A stretch of 53,930 nt of DNA from assembly GCA_964391755.1 (NCBI GenBank), contig CAYMNI010000001.1:1-53930 (forward strand). The letters are read 5' to 3'. Below, in pieces: positions 34,547 to 43,196 of this stretch. Position 1 is the stretch's first letter. The number at the start of each line of letters is the position of its first letter. The position numbers and the translations under genes were made by a program. The notes under the pieces were generated by a model. It had not been told where the DNA came from and searched no databases. It saw only the letters and a program-made list of their open reading frames with translations. The DNA is from an uncultured Ignavibacteria bacterium (lineage in GTDB: Bacteria; Zixibacteria; MSB-5A5; SM1-73).

Positions 34547-35718
34547 TATCTAAGCCACTCCAGGGGGTCCAGGGAATTTTTTCCCTTTCTGATTTCGAAA
34601 TGCAAACGGGGAACGTCGATTGGCTCATCCTGACCGATGCGTCCTATGATTTGAAGTCGTCGCACTTTATCTCCGGGAGAGACCAAAATCTCCGAAAGAC
34701 GGGCATACAAAGTGTAGTAGTCTCCGTCGTGCTCCAGCAGCAGAAAGTTCCCGTATCCTCTCAGTCGGGAAGAATGCAACACCGTGCCGGCGGCCACGGA
34801 CACCACCTCAGCGCCTGCTTTCACCCTTATTTCAACTCCCGTATTCTGCGTGGTGGTTTGGAACGTACCATCCCTCTGCAGCCCGAAGGCGGAGGCCACG
34901 GTTCCTCGCACCGGCCAGGGAAGCCTGCCTCTCTGGGCTTCGAATCTTCCGCTGCTTTCCAAGTCCCCTGGCATCGGGGGTCCGACCTGGTCCTGATGCC
35001 AACCTGCCATCAGCTGCAACCTGAAAGCATCCTTTTCCAGAACCTGAATGGCTTGGAAACAAAGTCTCTTCTCCGATTCAATACTTCTCAGCAGCCTCTC
35101 CTTCTCCTCCAATTCTTCAAGCCGGAAACCACGTTTTTGGTCTTCTCTCTCTTGTATCCGGGACAACTCGGGCCGCATCCTGCTCAGATTCTCTCTCTTT
35201 GCCGTCATATCGGTCCGGAGTGCCTTAGCCGCCGACAGAAACTTTTCATCCTTCTTCAGGATTCTCTCGGCGATCCGACGCGTGCTGGCCAGGTCCACCG
35301 GCGAGGAGGCCAAAAGTGCACAGACGTGCCGACTCGTTCGGCCGTGTTTGTATATCTCCCTCAGCCTGTTTCGGGCGCTTTTGCTATAGCAATAGACCGT
35401 CGAATCCACGGCTCTCATACTTCTCTGCTTGTCTTTGAGCTCCTTTTCCACATCGCTCTGCTGGAGACTCAACCTGCGGATAAGCCGGTCGGTCAAATCC
35501 AGACGCTCCTCCAGTTCCAGAAGCTCCGCAAAGGTTTGTTCTTCCTGCTGGTCAAGCCGCTCCAAGCACCTTCGCTTTTCCTCCAGTTCTCTTTCTATCT
35601 TGGCCAACCGGTCCGGTTCTGCCGGCTGGATGTCCGGTTTGGCCCGCTCACCGAATATACAAAACCAGACCAGAAAAGCCAACAAAAACGGTTTGAAGTA
35701 TTGTTTTCCTTTGTACAT
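34546..35718 (-). CDS. EnvC-like murein hydrolase activator (coiled coil + degenerate LytM/M23 domain)
   Basis: 390 aa. N-terminal TM/signal, ~230 aa heptad-rich region, C-terminal M23 fold (GYGNFLLLEHDGDYYTLYARL...PRLHFEIRKG). The HxxxD and HxH zinc ligands are replaced (NTGVE; RLH), as in non-catalytic EnvC. Lies downstream of ftsEX. Confidence 0.8.
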   Translation of the reverse strand: MYKGKQYFKPFLLAFLVWFCIFGERAKPDIQPAEPDRLAKIERELEEKRRCLERLDQQEEQTFAELLELEERLDLTDRLIRRLSLQQSDVEKELKDKQRSMRAVDSTVYCYSKSARNRLREIYKHGRTSRHVCALLASSPVDLASTRRIAERILKKDEKFLSAAKALRTDMTAKRENLSRMRPELSRIQEREDQKRGFRLEELEEKERLLRSIESEKRLCFQAIQVLEKDAFRLQLMAGWHQDQVGPPMPGDLESSGRFEAQRGRLPWPVRGTVASAFGLQRDGTFQTTTQNTGVEIRVKAGAEVVSVAAGTVLHSSRLRGYGNFLLLEHDGDYYTLYARLSEILVSPGDKVRRLQIIGRIGQDEPIDVPRLHFEIRKGKNSLDPLEWLR

Positions 35719-35774
35719 GGGAAGGAATGACGTCTTTGTTTTTCGGAAATCTCAGAGTTTGTCCCGGGTGTTCC

Positions 35775-36638
35775 TTACATCCTAAATGGTAAACGGTTCC
35801 TGCTCCAGAAATAGGTCGCAAATGCTCCCAGAATCGTTCCGCCGGTGATCAGGGTAACGATGACGGAAGCAGGCAGGAAATCCATAGACGACACCGCCCT
35901 GGTGAAAACCGAGTGCACCGTCCACAGACACACAATTCCCCCGAAAGCGCCCACTCCCCCCAAAAGCAATCCTTGGATTATCAGAAAGAAGCTCACATCA
36001 CCCCTACTTGCCCCTAACAGATTCATGGCCCGGACGATCTGGGTTTCCGACTGTACCGCCCATCTCATGAAGTTGGCTACCATTGTCACCAGGGCGATGA
36101 TCACTATGATTCCGAAGATGATGGCTCCCAGAAACAGCACATGGATGGTTCGGTCCGCTTTCTTCAACCAGGTTTCACCAAACTCCACGTCCTCCACCCC
36201 CTCTTGTCTGCTCACCCGGGCGGCCAGTTCAGTCACCTGTTCGAATCCCTTGTGTTCGCTGTCCAGGGAAAGCAAAAGGGAGGCCGGCAGCGCACCTGCA
36301 TCCAGTCCCTCGGAAATCCCCTCTCCCAGAAGGTCCTGCATCTGCGCCAGAGCCTTCCCTGGGGACCTGTATTCTATCTGCTTCACCCCCCGAAAGCTCT
36401 TGAGGCTCTGTAACAACATGTGCAACTGCAGAGAAGTTATCTCATCGGTCAGATACACCTCCATCTGAACCTGTCCCTTCACCTCTCCCTCCAGCTTCTT
36501 CAGATTCAACACGAACAGGAGAAACAGGTCCAAGACCAAGAGCCCCAGGGCGATACATATGATAGAGACCAAACTCTGGCGCCATCTGGCGACGATTCTG
36601 CCCAGGGACTGCCTGATCAAACAGGAAATTCTCATCAA
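35775..36638 (-). CDS. ftsX: Cell-division ABC transporter permease-like protein FtsX
   Basis: 287 aa. TM1, ~100-aa extracytoplasmic domain, then three C-terminal TMs. 4-nt overlap with ftsE. Confidence 0.85.
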   Translation of the reverse strand: MMRISCLIRQSLGRIVARWRQSLVSIICIALGLLVLDLFLLFVLNLKKLEGEVKGQVQMEVYLTDEITSLQLHMLLQSLKSFRGVKQIEYRSPGKALAQMQDLLGEGISEGLDAGALPASLLLSLDSEHKGFEQVTELAARVSRQEGVEDVEFGETWLKKADRTIHVLFLGAIIFGIIVIIALVTMVANFMRWAVQSETQIVRAMNLLGASRGDVSFFLIIQGLLLGGVGAFGGIVCLWTVHSVFTRAVSSMDFLPASVIVTLITGGTILGAFATYFWSRNRLPFRM

Positions 36639-37372
36639 GGTACCCTTTCCTTCACGTCTTTTTCTAAATCGGCCTCTGATCGCCCGGATGGGCTCGCCGA
36701 CGAAGCCGGAGTGGAACCCGTCTGAACTATCCTCCCCTTCTCCATCCTGATCATCCTAATCGAATTCTCCTTGCCCGGAGGTGACTCTCTGGAGGTCAAC
36801 AGCACTGCCGTGCCAAAGAGATTTATCTTTCTCAACAGCATCATAATTTCCCCCGCATTGTCCTGATCCAGACCGGCTGCAGGTTCATCCGCCAGCAGCA
36901 GAATCGGGTTTCTGACGATGGCCCGGGCAATGACCGTCTTTTGACGCTCCGCTGAAGAAAGACAATCAGGCCGGGTCCGGCTCTTACTCCATAATCCCAC
37001 GCTGTCTAAAGCTTGTCCGGTCCTCAGCCTGATCTTTTTCTCCTTCTCTCCTAATATTCTTAGGCTTAAAGCCACGTTGTCGAAAACGCTTATGTCGTCT
37101 ACCAGCTCCGGCTCTCCACAGATCAGTCCCAACTTTTGCCTCCAGCGGCATATCTGCTTTTGCTTGATATCTGTACTGCTCATTCCATCGAGGACAATTT
37201 CCCCCTGGGTCGGTTTTTCCCGGCCCCCTATCAGACGCAATAAGGTGGTCTTTCCTGCCTTATTGGGACCGAGCAGGTAAACGAATTCTCCCCTTTCCAA
37301 ATCAAAACTCACTTCTTGCAAGGCTACCGTGTCTCCCGGGAAGACCTTGACCACTTTTTTTAGCTTCAGCAA
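36635..37372 (-). CDS. ftsE: Cell-division ABC ATPase FtsE, with degenerate Q-loop, signature and H-loop
   Basis: 245 aa. Walker A GPNKAGKTT and Walker B LLLADEP are intact. The Q-loop position reads LICGE, the signature reads LSSAERQ (canonical LSGGQ/E), and the H-loop position reads LLTSRE (no His). Confidence 0.8.
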   Translation of the reverse strand: MLKLKKVVKVFPGDTVALQEVSFDLERGEFVYLLGPNKAGKTTLLRLIGGREKPTQGEIVLDGMSSTDIKQKQICRWRQKLGLICGEPELVDDISVFDNVALSLRILGEKEKKIRLRTGQALDSVGLWSKSRTRPDCLSSAERQKTVIARAIVRNPILLLADEPAAGLDQDNAGEIMMLLRKINLFGTAVLLTSRESPPGKENSIRMIRMEKGRIVQTGSTPASSASPSGRSEADLEKDVKERVP

Positions 37373-37812
37373 GCTGCCTCCTGACGGGTTCCTATGAGAG
37401 ATAAGGTGATTGGAACCAGTCTACCTCTTATGACTGCAAAACCGTGTAATAACTCCGGCGACCGAATCAAGCCGGAGTACCTCGCGGTCGATGAAACCAG
37501 CCCATCCTCGGCTGAATGCCACCGCAACCGAGCCCAACCGTCTATCTCGCCTGCGAGGTTTCATCCGTCCCTCAAGTTTCTGTATCGGTCGATCGTCGAA
37601 AAAAGATGAGTCCCCCGACGGCACCGGATTTACCTGCGCCTGCGGTCTGATCTAAGGAGGTTGTTCGCACCGATTCCGGACCTGTAAATTATCTACTCGT
37701 TGGATGAAAATTCTATGAAGAACCTGCAAATGTAGTCGATAAGAAGATATGTCGAACTGAGATGACAAGACGAAAACGTTGTGCTTCACCGGACAATCTA
37801 CCAAATCCGAAA

Positions 37813-38763
37813 ATGATGAGCGTCCCTACACGGTTACTCTTGTGCGCGCTGCTCCTGTTTTCGCTTCCCGGGCTGGCTTCGCCTGAGGAGAAGAGGATCG
37901 CCATCGTGAAAAGCAGCAACTCCCCGTCGTTTCAGGCCGCGACCGAGGGCGTAAAAAAGGAGATCAGAAAAGGCGACCTTAACCCGGTCTTCATAGAATA
38001 TGATCTCTCTCTGGGCCTTCCGGATGAGAAACAGGTGGTGGAAGAGGTAAGGGAGCTGAGACCGGATTTGATCGTAACCATAGGCTCGAGATCCACCGCC
38101 CTTTTCTCTCAAAAGATCACCGACATACCCATAATCTTCTCCGAGGTCTTGAATCCCATCTCCAGCGGTTTTGCCCAGAGCATGGGGTCCTCTGCTAAGA
38201 ATCTGACCGGGGCGTCGCTGGACATTCCTATCCGCACGCAACTGGACAAGTTCAAGCTCATCGTCCCCGGTATGCGCAAAGTGGGCGTGATCTACACCCA
38301 TGACTCCGAACCGGTGGTAAGAGAGGCGCGAAGAGTATGTGAGGAAATGGGATTGGAGTTGGTTTCGGTCGACATATCCTCCGAGAAAGAGATTCCCCAG
38401 GCAATCGAGAACTTGGGAAAGAGGGTCGATGGCCTGTGGGCCGTAGCCGACACGGTGATTTTCACTCCCCAGTCCACCCAATACCTGCTTCTCTTTAGTC
38501 TGCGCAACGGCATCCCCTTCGCGGGACCCTTCACCTCGTTCGTCAAGGCGGGAGCGCTCTTCACCTTGGCCTGGGACGACAAGGATGTGGGCAGACAGTC
38601 GGGAGAGTTGGCTCTGAGGGTGCTGGCAGGGGAGGATCCAGGACAGATACCCATCACAACTCCCAGAATGATCTATTTGATTCTTAACTTGAGGACGGCC
38701 GAGCAGATAAACTTGGACATTCCTCCTCATATAGTCAGCGTGGCCAAGGAGGTCTACCAATGA
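37813..38763 (+). CDS. Periplasmic substrate-binding protein, ABC_sub_bind (PF04392-like) family, with no cognate permease or ATPase
   Basis: Track ORF starts at 37762. The start at 37813 gives signal peptide MMSVPTRLLLCALLLFSLPGLASP. Blocks DLIVTIGSRSTALF, IPIIFSEVLNPISSGF, NLTGASL, VGVIYTHDSEP, DGLWAVADTVIF, IPFAGPFTSFVKAGAL match my recollection of that family. Confidence 0.75.
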   Translation: MMSVPTRLLLCALLLFSLPGLASPEEKRIAIVKSSNSPSFQAATEGVKKEIRKGDLNPVFIEYDLSLGLPDEKQVVEEVRELRPDLIVTIGSRSTALFSQKITDIPIIFSEVLNPISSGFAQSMGSSAKNLTGASLDIPIRTQLDKFKLIVPGMRKVGVIYTHDSEPVVREARRVCEEMGLELVSVDISSEKEIPQAIENLGKRVDGLWAVADTVIFTPQSTQYLLLFSLRNGIPFAGPFTSFVKAGALFTLAWDDKDVGRQSGELALRVLAGEDPGQIPITTPRMIYLILNLRTAEQINLDIPPHIVSVAKEVYQ

Positions 38764-40856
38764 CCTGGAGATTCCGCCATCTGCCAATGGGTCTGAAGAC
38801 CAAGTTCGTACTGACCATCTCTTTTCTGATACTTATCACCTCTGTCATCTTAAGCGTTTTTCTAATCGAGAAACAGAGCCAGTTGATACAGAGGGAACTG
38901 GAAAAGAGGGGAGAGTCCATGGTCAGAAACCTGGCACACAACAGCGAATACGGTGTGTTGGTGGAGAGCGAACACCTGTTGTCCAATCTGATGGAGGGTC
39001 TGTTTCTGGAAGAAGAGGTGGTTCACGTAGACATCCGGGACAAAAGGGGGAGGATTCTGGCAGAATGGGGAAGGACCAAGGAATATCACCAAATATATAA
39101 AGAAAGACTCACCTCGTCCGAGGGCCGAAGCAACAGTCAAGGCGTCACCAAACGGTACTTCACCGCCTTCGATATGGAGTTTTACAACTTCTCCTGTCCC
39201 ATAAAAACCACCCGAGTGGAAAGATCGAAGGAGGAAGTGGGAATCCTAGAGAACAAAAAGGACCTGGTGACCAGAGAAGAGGTAATCGGTAGCGCCAACG
39301 TGGGAATGTCTCTTCAGGACATGCGACGGGAAATCGCCGATATGACCCGGATCGTGGTTCTGATTACATTGCTGGTGGTGTCTGTGGGAATCGTCCTGAC
39401 GATATTTCTGGTCAATATCTTCATAAGACCCGTGAAGAGGTTGGTTTGCGCCACAGAGAGAGTCGCCAGCGGTAATCTCTATCAGATGGTCAATGTCACC
39501 ACCCAGGATGAAATCGGGATTCTGGCGTCTTCTTTCAACCGCATGATCGTCTGCCTGAAGGAGTCCAGAGAGAAGATCGAGGAGTACAACCGGACATTGG
39601 AGAGAAAGGTCAGGGAGAGGACGGCTGAGTTGGAGAAAACTACTCGGCTTCTGCAGGTGGAATACGATCGATTGGAGGCCATCATCCACTCCCCCAACCT
39701 GGGAATAATCATCGAGGATAAGGACTGCAATATTAAGTTCATGAACAAGTTCCTGACCGAGACATATGGGAACCAGATCGGGGAAAAGTGCTATGAGAAG
39801 TTCAAGGGCAGAAAGGAGAAGTGCCCGGTGTGTCCCATCGACGAGATTCTGGTAAAGGGCAAGAAAACCTTCACCTATCTGGACCAAGACGCACAAGGAC
39901 ACCATTTCGAGCTTTCCGCCAGCCTGTTTCAGGATGAAAAGGGGGAGCAGTATATTCTGGAGACCATGAGAGACATCACCGAACAGAAGCAGCTTGAAAT
40001 AAAAGTGCAGGAGTACACCCGTAACCTGGAGAAGACCAATCGTGACCTGGAGAACGCCCTAAAAAGCCTGAAGGAGACCCAGGTGCAGCTGATTCAGGTG
40101 GAGAAAATGGCGGCGGTGGGGCAACTGGCCGCGGGTGTGGCGCATGAGCTGAACAATCCTTTGGGAGGAATTCTGGGATACTCCCAGTTTGCGCTGGAGA
40201 AGATCAACCAGAAGCCGTTCAGCCAGTTCAGCCAGGAGGATTCCGCCGACTTCCTGCAGTACCTCGGAGACATAGAACAGCAGACCAGGAGGTGTCGGTC
40301 CATCATTCAGAACCTCCTGAAGTTCAGCCGGGCTTCCCGCAAGGAGGAGTTCGAGCCGACGGACGTGAACCAGGTGATAAAAGAGACTCTCTCCTTTACC
40401 AAACATCAGGTAGAGAAGAAAAAAGTTCGACTGCTGCAGAACCTGCAAGAACGCCTGCCACTGATTGAGGGGAATGCCAGCCAACTACAGCAGGTCTTTA
40501 CCAACCTGATCCTGAATGCCGTTCATGCCATGCCCCAGGGAGGAACCCTGACCATAAGCACGATGATGAACAAAGATGAGAAGAGAATTGAGATAAGCTT
40601 CACCGATACCGGGGTGGGAATTGGCCAGGAGAATATGGACAAGATCTTTGAGCCCTTCTTCTCCACCAAAAAAGTGGGGGAAGGAACCGGATTAGGTCTT
40701 TCGGTGAGCTATGGCTTGATCAAAAATCATCGAGGCGAGATCCAGGTCACAAGCGAGCAAGACCGCGGGACCACGTTTACGGTGTTCCTGCCGGCTCCGG
40801 AGGAGAAGCTTACAGCGATATCCAGTGACCATCTGCATTCCGTCTCTGGTCGCTGA
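38760..40856 (+). CDS. Sensor histidine kinase (2 TM, extracytoplasmic domain, HAMP, Cys-rich PAS, HisKA, HATPase_c)
   Basis: 698 aa. ATGA overlap with the binding-protein gene. TM helices at about aa 15-36 and 198-222. HAMP IRPVKRLVCATERVASGNLYQ...DEIGILASSFNRM. PAS with four Cys. H-box AAGVAHELNNPLGGILGY. N/G boxes LILNAVHAM, DTGVGI, GTGLGLSVSY. Confidence 0.9.
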   Translation: MTWRFRHLPMGLKTKFVLTISFLILITSVILSVFLIEKQSQLIQRELEKRGESMVRNLAHNSEYGVLVESEHLLSNLMEGLFLEEEVVHVDIRDKRGRILAEWGRTKEYHQIYKERLTSSEGRSNSQGVTKRYFTAFDMEFYNFSCPIKTTRVERSKEEVGILENKKDLVTREEVIGSANVGMSLQDMRREIADMTRIVVLITLLVVSVGIVLTIFLVNIFIRPVKRLVCATERVASGNLYQMVNVTTQDEIGILASSFNRMIVCLKESREKIEEYNRTLERKVRERTAELEKTTRLLQVEYDRLEAIIHSPNLGIIIEDKDCNIKFMNKFLTETYGNQIGEKCYEKFKGRKEKCPVCPIDEILVKGKKTFTYLDQDAQGHHFELSASLFQDEKGEQYILETMRDITEQKQLEIKVQEYTRNLEKTNRDLENALKSLKETQVQLIQVEKMAAVGQLAAGVAHELNNPLGGILGYSQFALEKINQKPFSQFSQEDSADFLQYLGDIEQQTRRCRSIIQNLLKFSRASRKEEFEPTDVNQVIKETLSFTKHQVEKKKVRLLQNLQERLPLIEGNASQLQQVFTNLILNAVHAMPQGGTLTISTMMNKDEKRIEISFTDTGVGIGQENMDKIFEPFFSTKKVGEGTGLGLSVSYGLIKNHRGEIQVTSEQDRGTTFTVFLPAPEEKLTAISSDHLHSVSGR

Positions 40857-40911
40857 GAGACCGCAAGTCGAAATCTCGTCGGAATATGTGACCGGTGACC
40901 AGGAGAAGCGC

Positions 40912-41280
40912 ATGAGAATCTTGGTGGTGGACGACGATCCCATAATTCGCAAGCTTCTGCTTGAGGTTCTCACCAACGACGGACATCTGGTGACCACGGC
41001 CGAGGATGGGGTCGAAGCCTTAGAGAAAGCCAAGAGTCAATCGTTCGGGCTGATCTTTATGGATGTGCACATGCCCAGGATGAACGGCCTGGAGGCGCTG
41101 GTAGCCATTCGAGCAATACAGCCTGATCTGCCGGTGGCCATGATGGATAGCTATCCGGACTTGCTGGCAAGGCAGGCGGTAGGCCGGGGCGCCCTGACCT
41201 GCATGCACAAGCCTTTCGAGCTGAAGGAAATGAGGACTATCATCGAGGAAGTGGGAACGTCCATTCTCCGGGAGAAATAG
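40912..41280 (+). CDS. Single-domain response regulator (CheY-like receiver)
   Basis: The track ORF starts at 40825, inside the kinase gene. I prefer M30 at 40912 (MRILVVDDDPIIRKLL...). Phospho-acceptor context LIFMDVHMPRMNG, conserved K in HKPF. No output domain. Confidence 0.85.
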   Translation: MRILVVDDDPIIRKLLLEVLTNDGHLVTTAEDGVEALEKAKSQSFGLIFMDVHMPRMNGLEALVAIRAIQPDLPVAMMDSYPDLLARQAVGRGALTCMHKPFELKEMRTIIEEVGTSILREK

Positions 41281-41285
41281 GTTCT

Positions 41286-42980
41286 ATGCCTGTCAAAGAC
41301 GAACCCATCAGAATTCTGGTGGTGGATGACGAAGAGATTATGCTAAAGCTGGCGTGCGACGCGCTGCGAAGCCAAGGACATCAGGTGACCGGCACCTCCA
41401 GACCCATGGAGGCGCTGGACAAGTTGAAGCAGCAGAAATTCGACTTCATCCTCACCGACATCAAGATGCCCGAGATGGACGGGATGGAGCTGATCCAATC
41501 CGCCCATACCATCGATCCCTCCATGGGAGCTATCTTCATGACCGGATATGCCAGCCTGGACACGGCCAAGAGGGCCATCCAGGAAGGGGCTTACGACTAT
41601 ATACTCAAGCCTTTCGATCTGCAGGAGATCAGGAGTGCGGTGGCCCGGGCCGTAAAGAAGAGAACTCAGAGTATGGCGGATGGGAGAAAAAAAGGCCTCT
41701 CTCAGCTGTTCGACCTCAACCGGATACTGCACGCTGCTGGCGACAGCAGGAGTCTGCTCAAGCTGTCTTTGGAGTTCGCTCTGATGCAGAGCCGAATGAG
41801 AACCGGAATCATCCTCTATTGGACGACTGGAAACCGGAAACTTCAGATACTCCGAGTCAAGGATCTAAATCAGGGTGTCTTCCTGGAAGCAACTGCAGAA
41901 CTTGAGGAAAGCGTGCTGTCGGAATGGTCTCAGATCAAGGACATCATCCAAATCCAGAACGTCGGGGATTACCCCCTGTTCTCTCAGCTTCTATCTCTAC
42001 TCCGGGACTCTGCGATGGTTGACGATTTCCTACAATCGGAAGAGGAATCAATCATCGTCCCCCTGCGCAAGACCGGTTCCACCAGCGGGATGATTGTACT
42101 CAACGGATTCGCCGGTGAGCAGAAGCTGTCGGAGGAGGACATCAAAGTTCTGGCCATCCTGGGAACCCAGTCGGCCATCTCCATGGAGAATCTCACCCTG
42201 CTGCTGGAGACTCAGAGATCTTACCGGGAGCTGCAAAACCTTCAGGAGCAAGTGATCAGCCTGGAGAGAATGGCCACACAGGGAAGGATCTCGGCCGAGA
42301 TAGGTCACGAGCTGAACAACTATCTCACAGTGATCATGGGCAACTTCGAACTGTTGAGCCTAAAGATCAACCGGGGACAGATCGAGTCCCTTGACAAGCA
42401 GTTGGACATCATATCATCCAACCTCCAAAAGATAAAGGGATTTGCGGAGGGTCTATTGGATTTCTCCACCATGAAAGCCGAGAAAATCGAGTGCGATGTA
42501 AACGATCTCATAGAGAAAACTTTGGTCTTCATCAAGCCCCAGAGCCTATTCCGGAATATATCGTTTGACGTCCAACTTGAACCGGATATTCCCTATTTGC
42601 TGGTGGATGCCGGCCAGATACAGCAGGTCCTCTACAATCTCCTGAAGAATGGAGCCGATGCTATGGGGAAAAGGAAAGGAGAGGGCGGCACCATCACCGT
42701 CGGAACCCGGCACCTGTCGGAGAAGAAGACCGTCGAGATCTGGGTCAAAGACAGCGGAAAGGGTATGTCGGAGGAGGAACAACGAAGGGTGTTCGAAAGG
42801 GGCTTCACCACCAAACAATCAGGTCACGGAATGGGATTGTCGATATGCAAGAGGCTGATCGATGCTCACGGTGGCACCATCGACGTGGAAAGCCAACTCG
42901 GCCAGGGCACCTGCTTTCGGGTGGGGCTTCCCTGTGATCAGACGGCAGGAGAGGGAGGAAACGCAGGGACTGACTTTTAA
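41286..42980 (+). CDS. Hybrid receiver-histidine kinase (REC + GAF-like + HisKA + HATPase_c)
   Basis: 564 aa. IRILVVDDEEIML...FILTDIKMPEMDG...LKPF receiver, ~190-aa central domain, H-box SAEIGHELNNYLTVIMGN, NLLKNGADAM, DSGKGM, GHGMGLSICKRL. Confidence 0.9.
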   Translation: MPVKDEPIRILVVDDEEIMLKLACDALRSQGHQVTGTSRPMEALDKLKQQKFDFILTDIKMPEMDGMELIQSAHTIDPSMGAIFMTGYASLDTAKRAIQEGAYDYILKPFDLQEIRSAVARAVKKRTQSMADGRKKGLSQLFDLNRILHAAGDSRSLLKLSLEFALMQSRMRTGIILYWTTGNRKLQILRVKDLNQGVFLEATAELEESVLSEWSQIKDIIQIQNVGDYPLFSQLLSLLRDSAMVDDFLQSEEESIIVPLRKTGSTSGMIVLNGFAGEQKLSEEDIKVLAILGTQSAISMENLTLLLETQRSYRELQNLQEQVISLERMATQGRISAEIGHELNNYLTVIMGNFELLSLKINRGQIESLDKQLDIISSNLQKIKGFAEGLLDFSTMKAEKIECDVNDLIEKTLVFIKPQSLFRNISFDVQLEPDIPYLLVDAGQIQQVLYNLLKNGADAMGKRKGEGGTITVGTRHLSEKKTVEIWVKDSGKGMSEEEQRRVFERGFTTKQSGHGMGLSICKRLIDAHGGTIDVESQLGQGTCFRVGLPCDQTAGEGGNAGTDF

Positions 42981-43196
42981 ATCCGGATGGGGAACTCTTA
43001 GTCTCCGGAAGAGACGACGGCTATGTCGGTATTTGTCACCTAAAGTTCTGAAGGGAAAAGACGATCAAGTAAATGGTACACCCCGGTATAGGGAAACAAC
43101 CAGTTTCGTATGGACGTTCTCTCACTTTAACTAGGCAGAATGCCAGACCATAAGGATGTACAAGTAAGTACTTTTACCAAAAGAGGAGGGCGCAAA

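Noticed and set aside
34600-35730. 376-aa plus-strand ORF
   Set aside because: It lies entirely antisense to the EnvC-like gene, which has coiled-coil and LytM motifs. The product is Arg/Ser/Leu/Gly/Pro-biased with no motifs. Shadow ORF.
37834-38787. 317-aa minus-strand ORF
   Set aside because: It is antisense to the substrate-binding protein gene, whose family blocks are clear on the plus strand. Shadow ORF.
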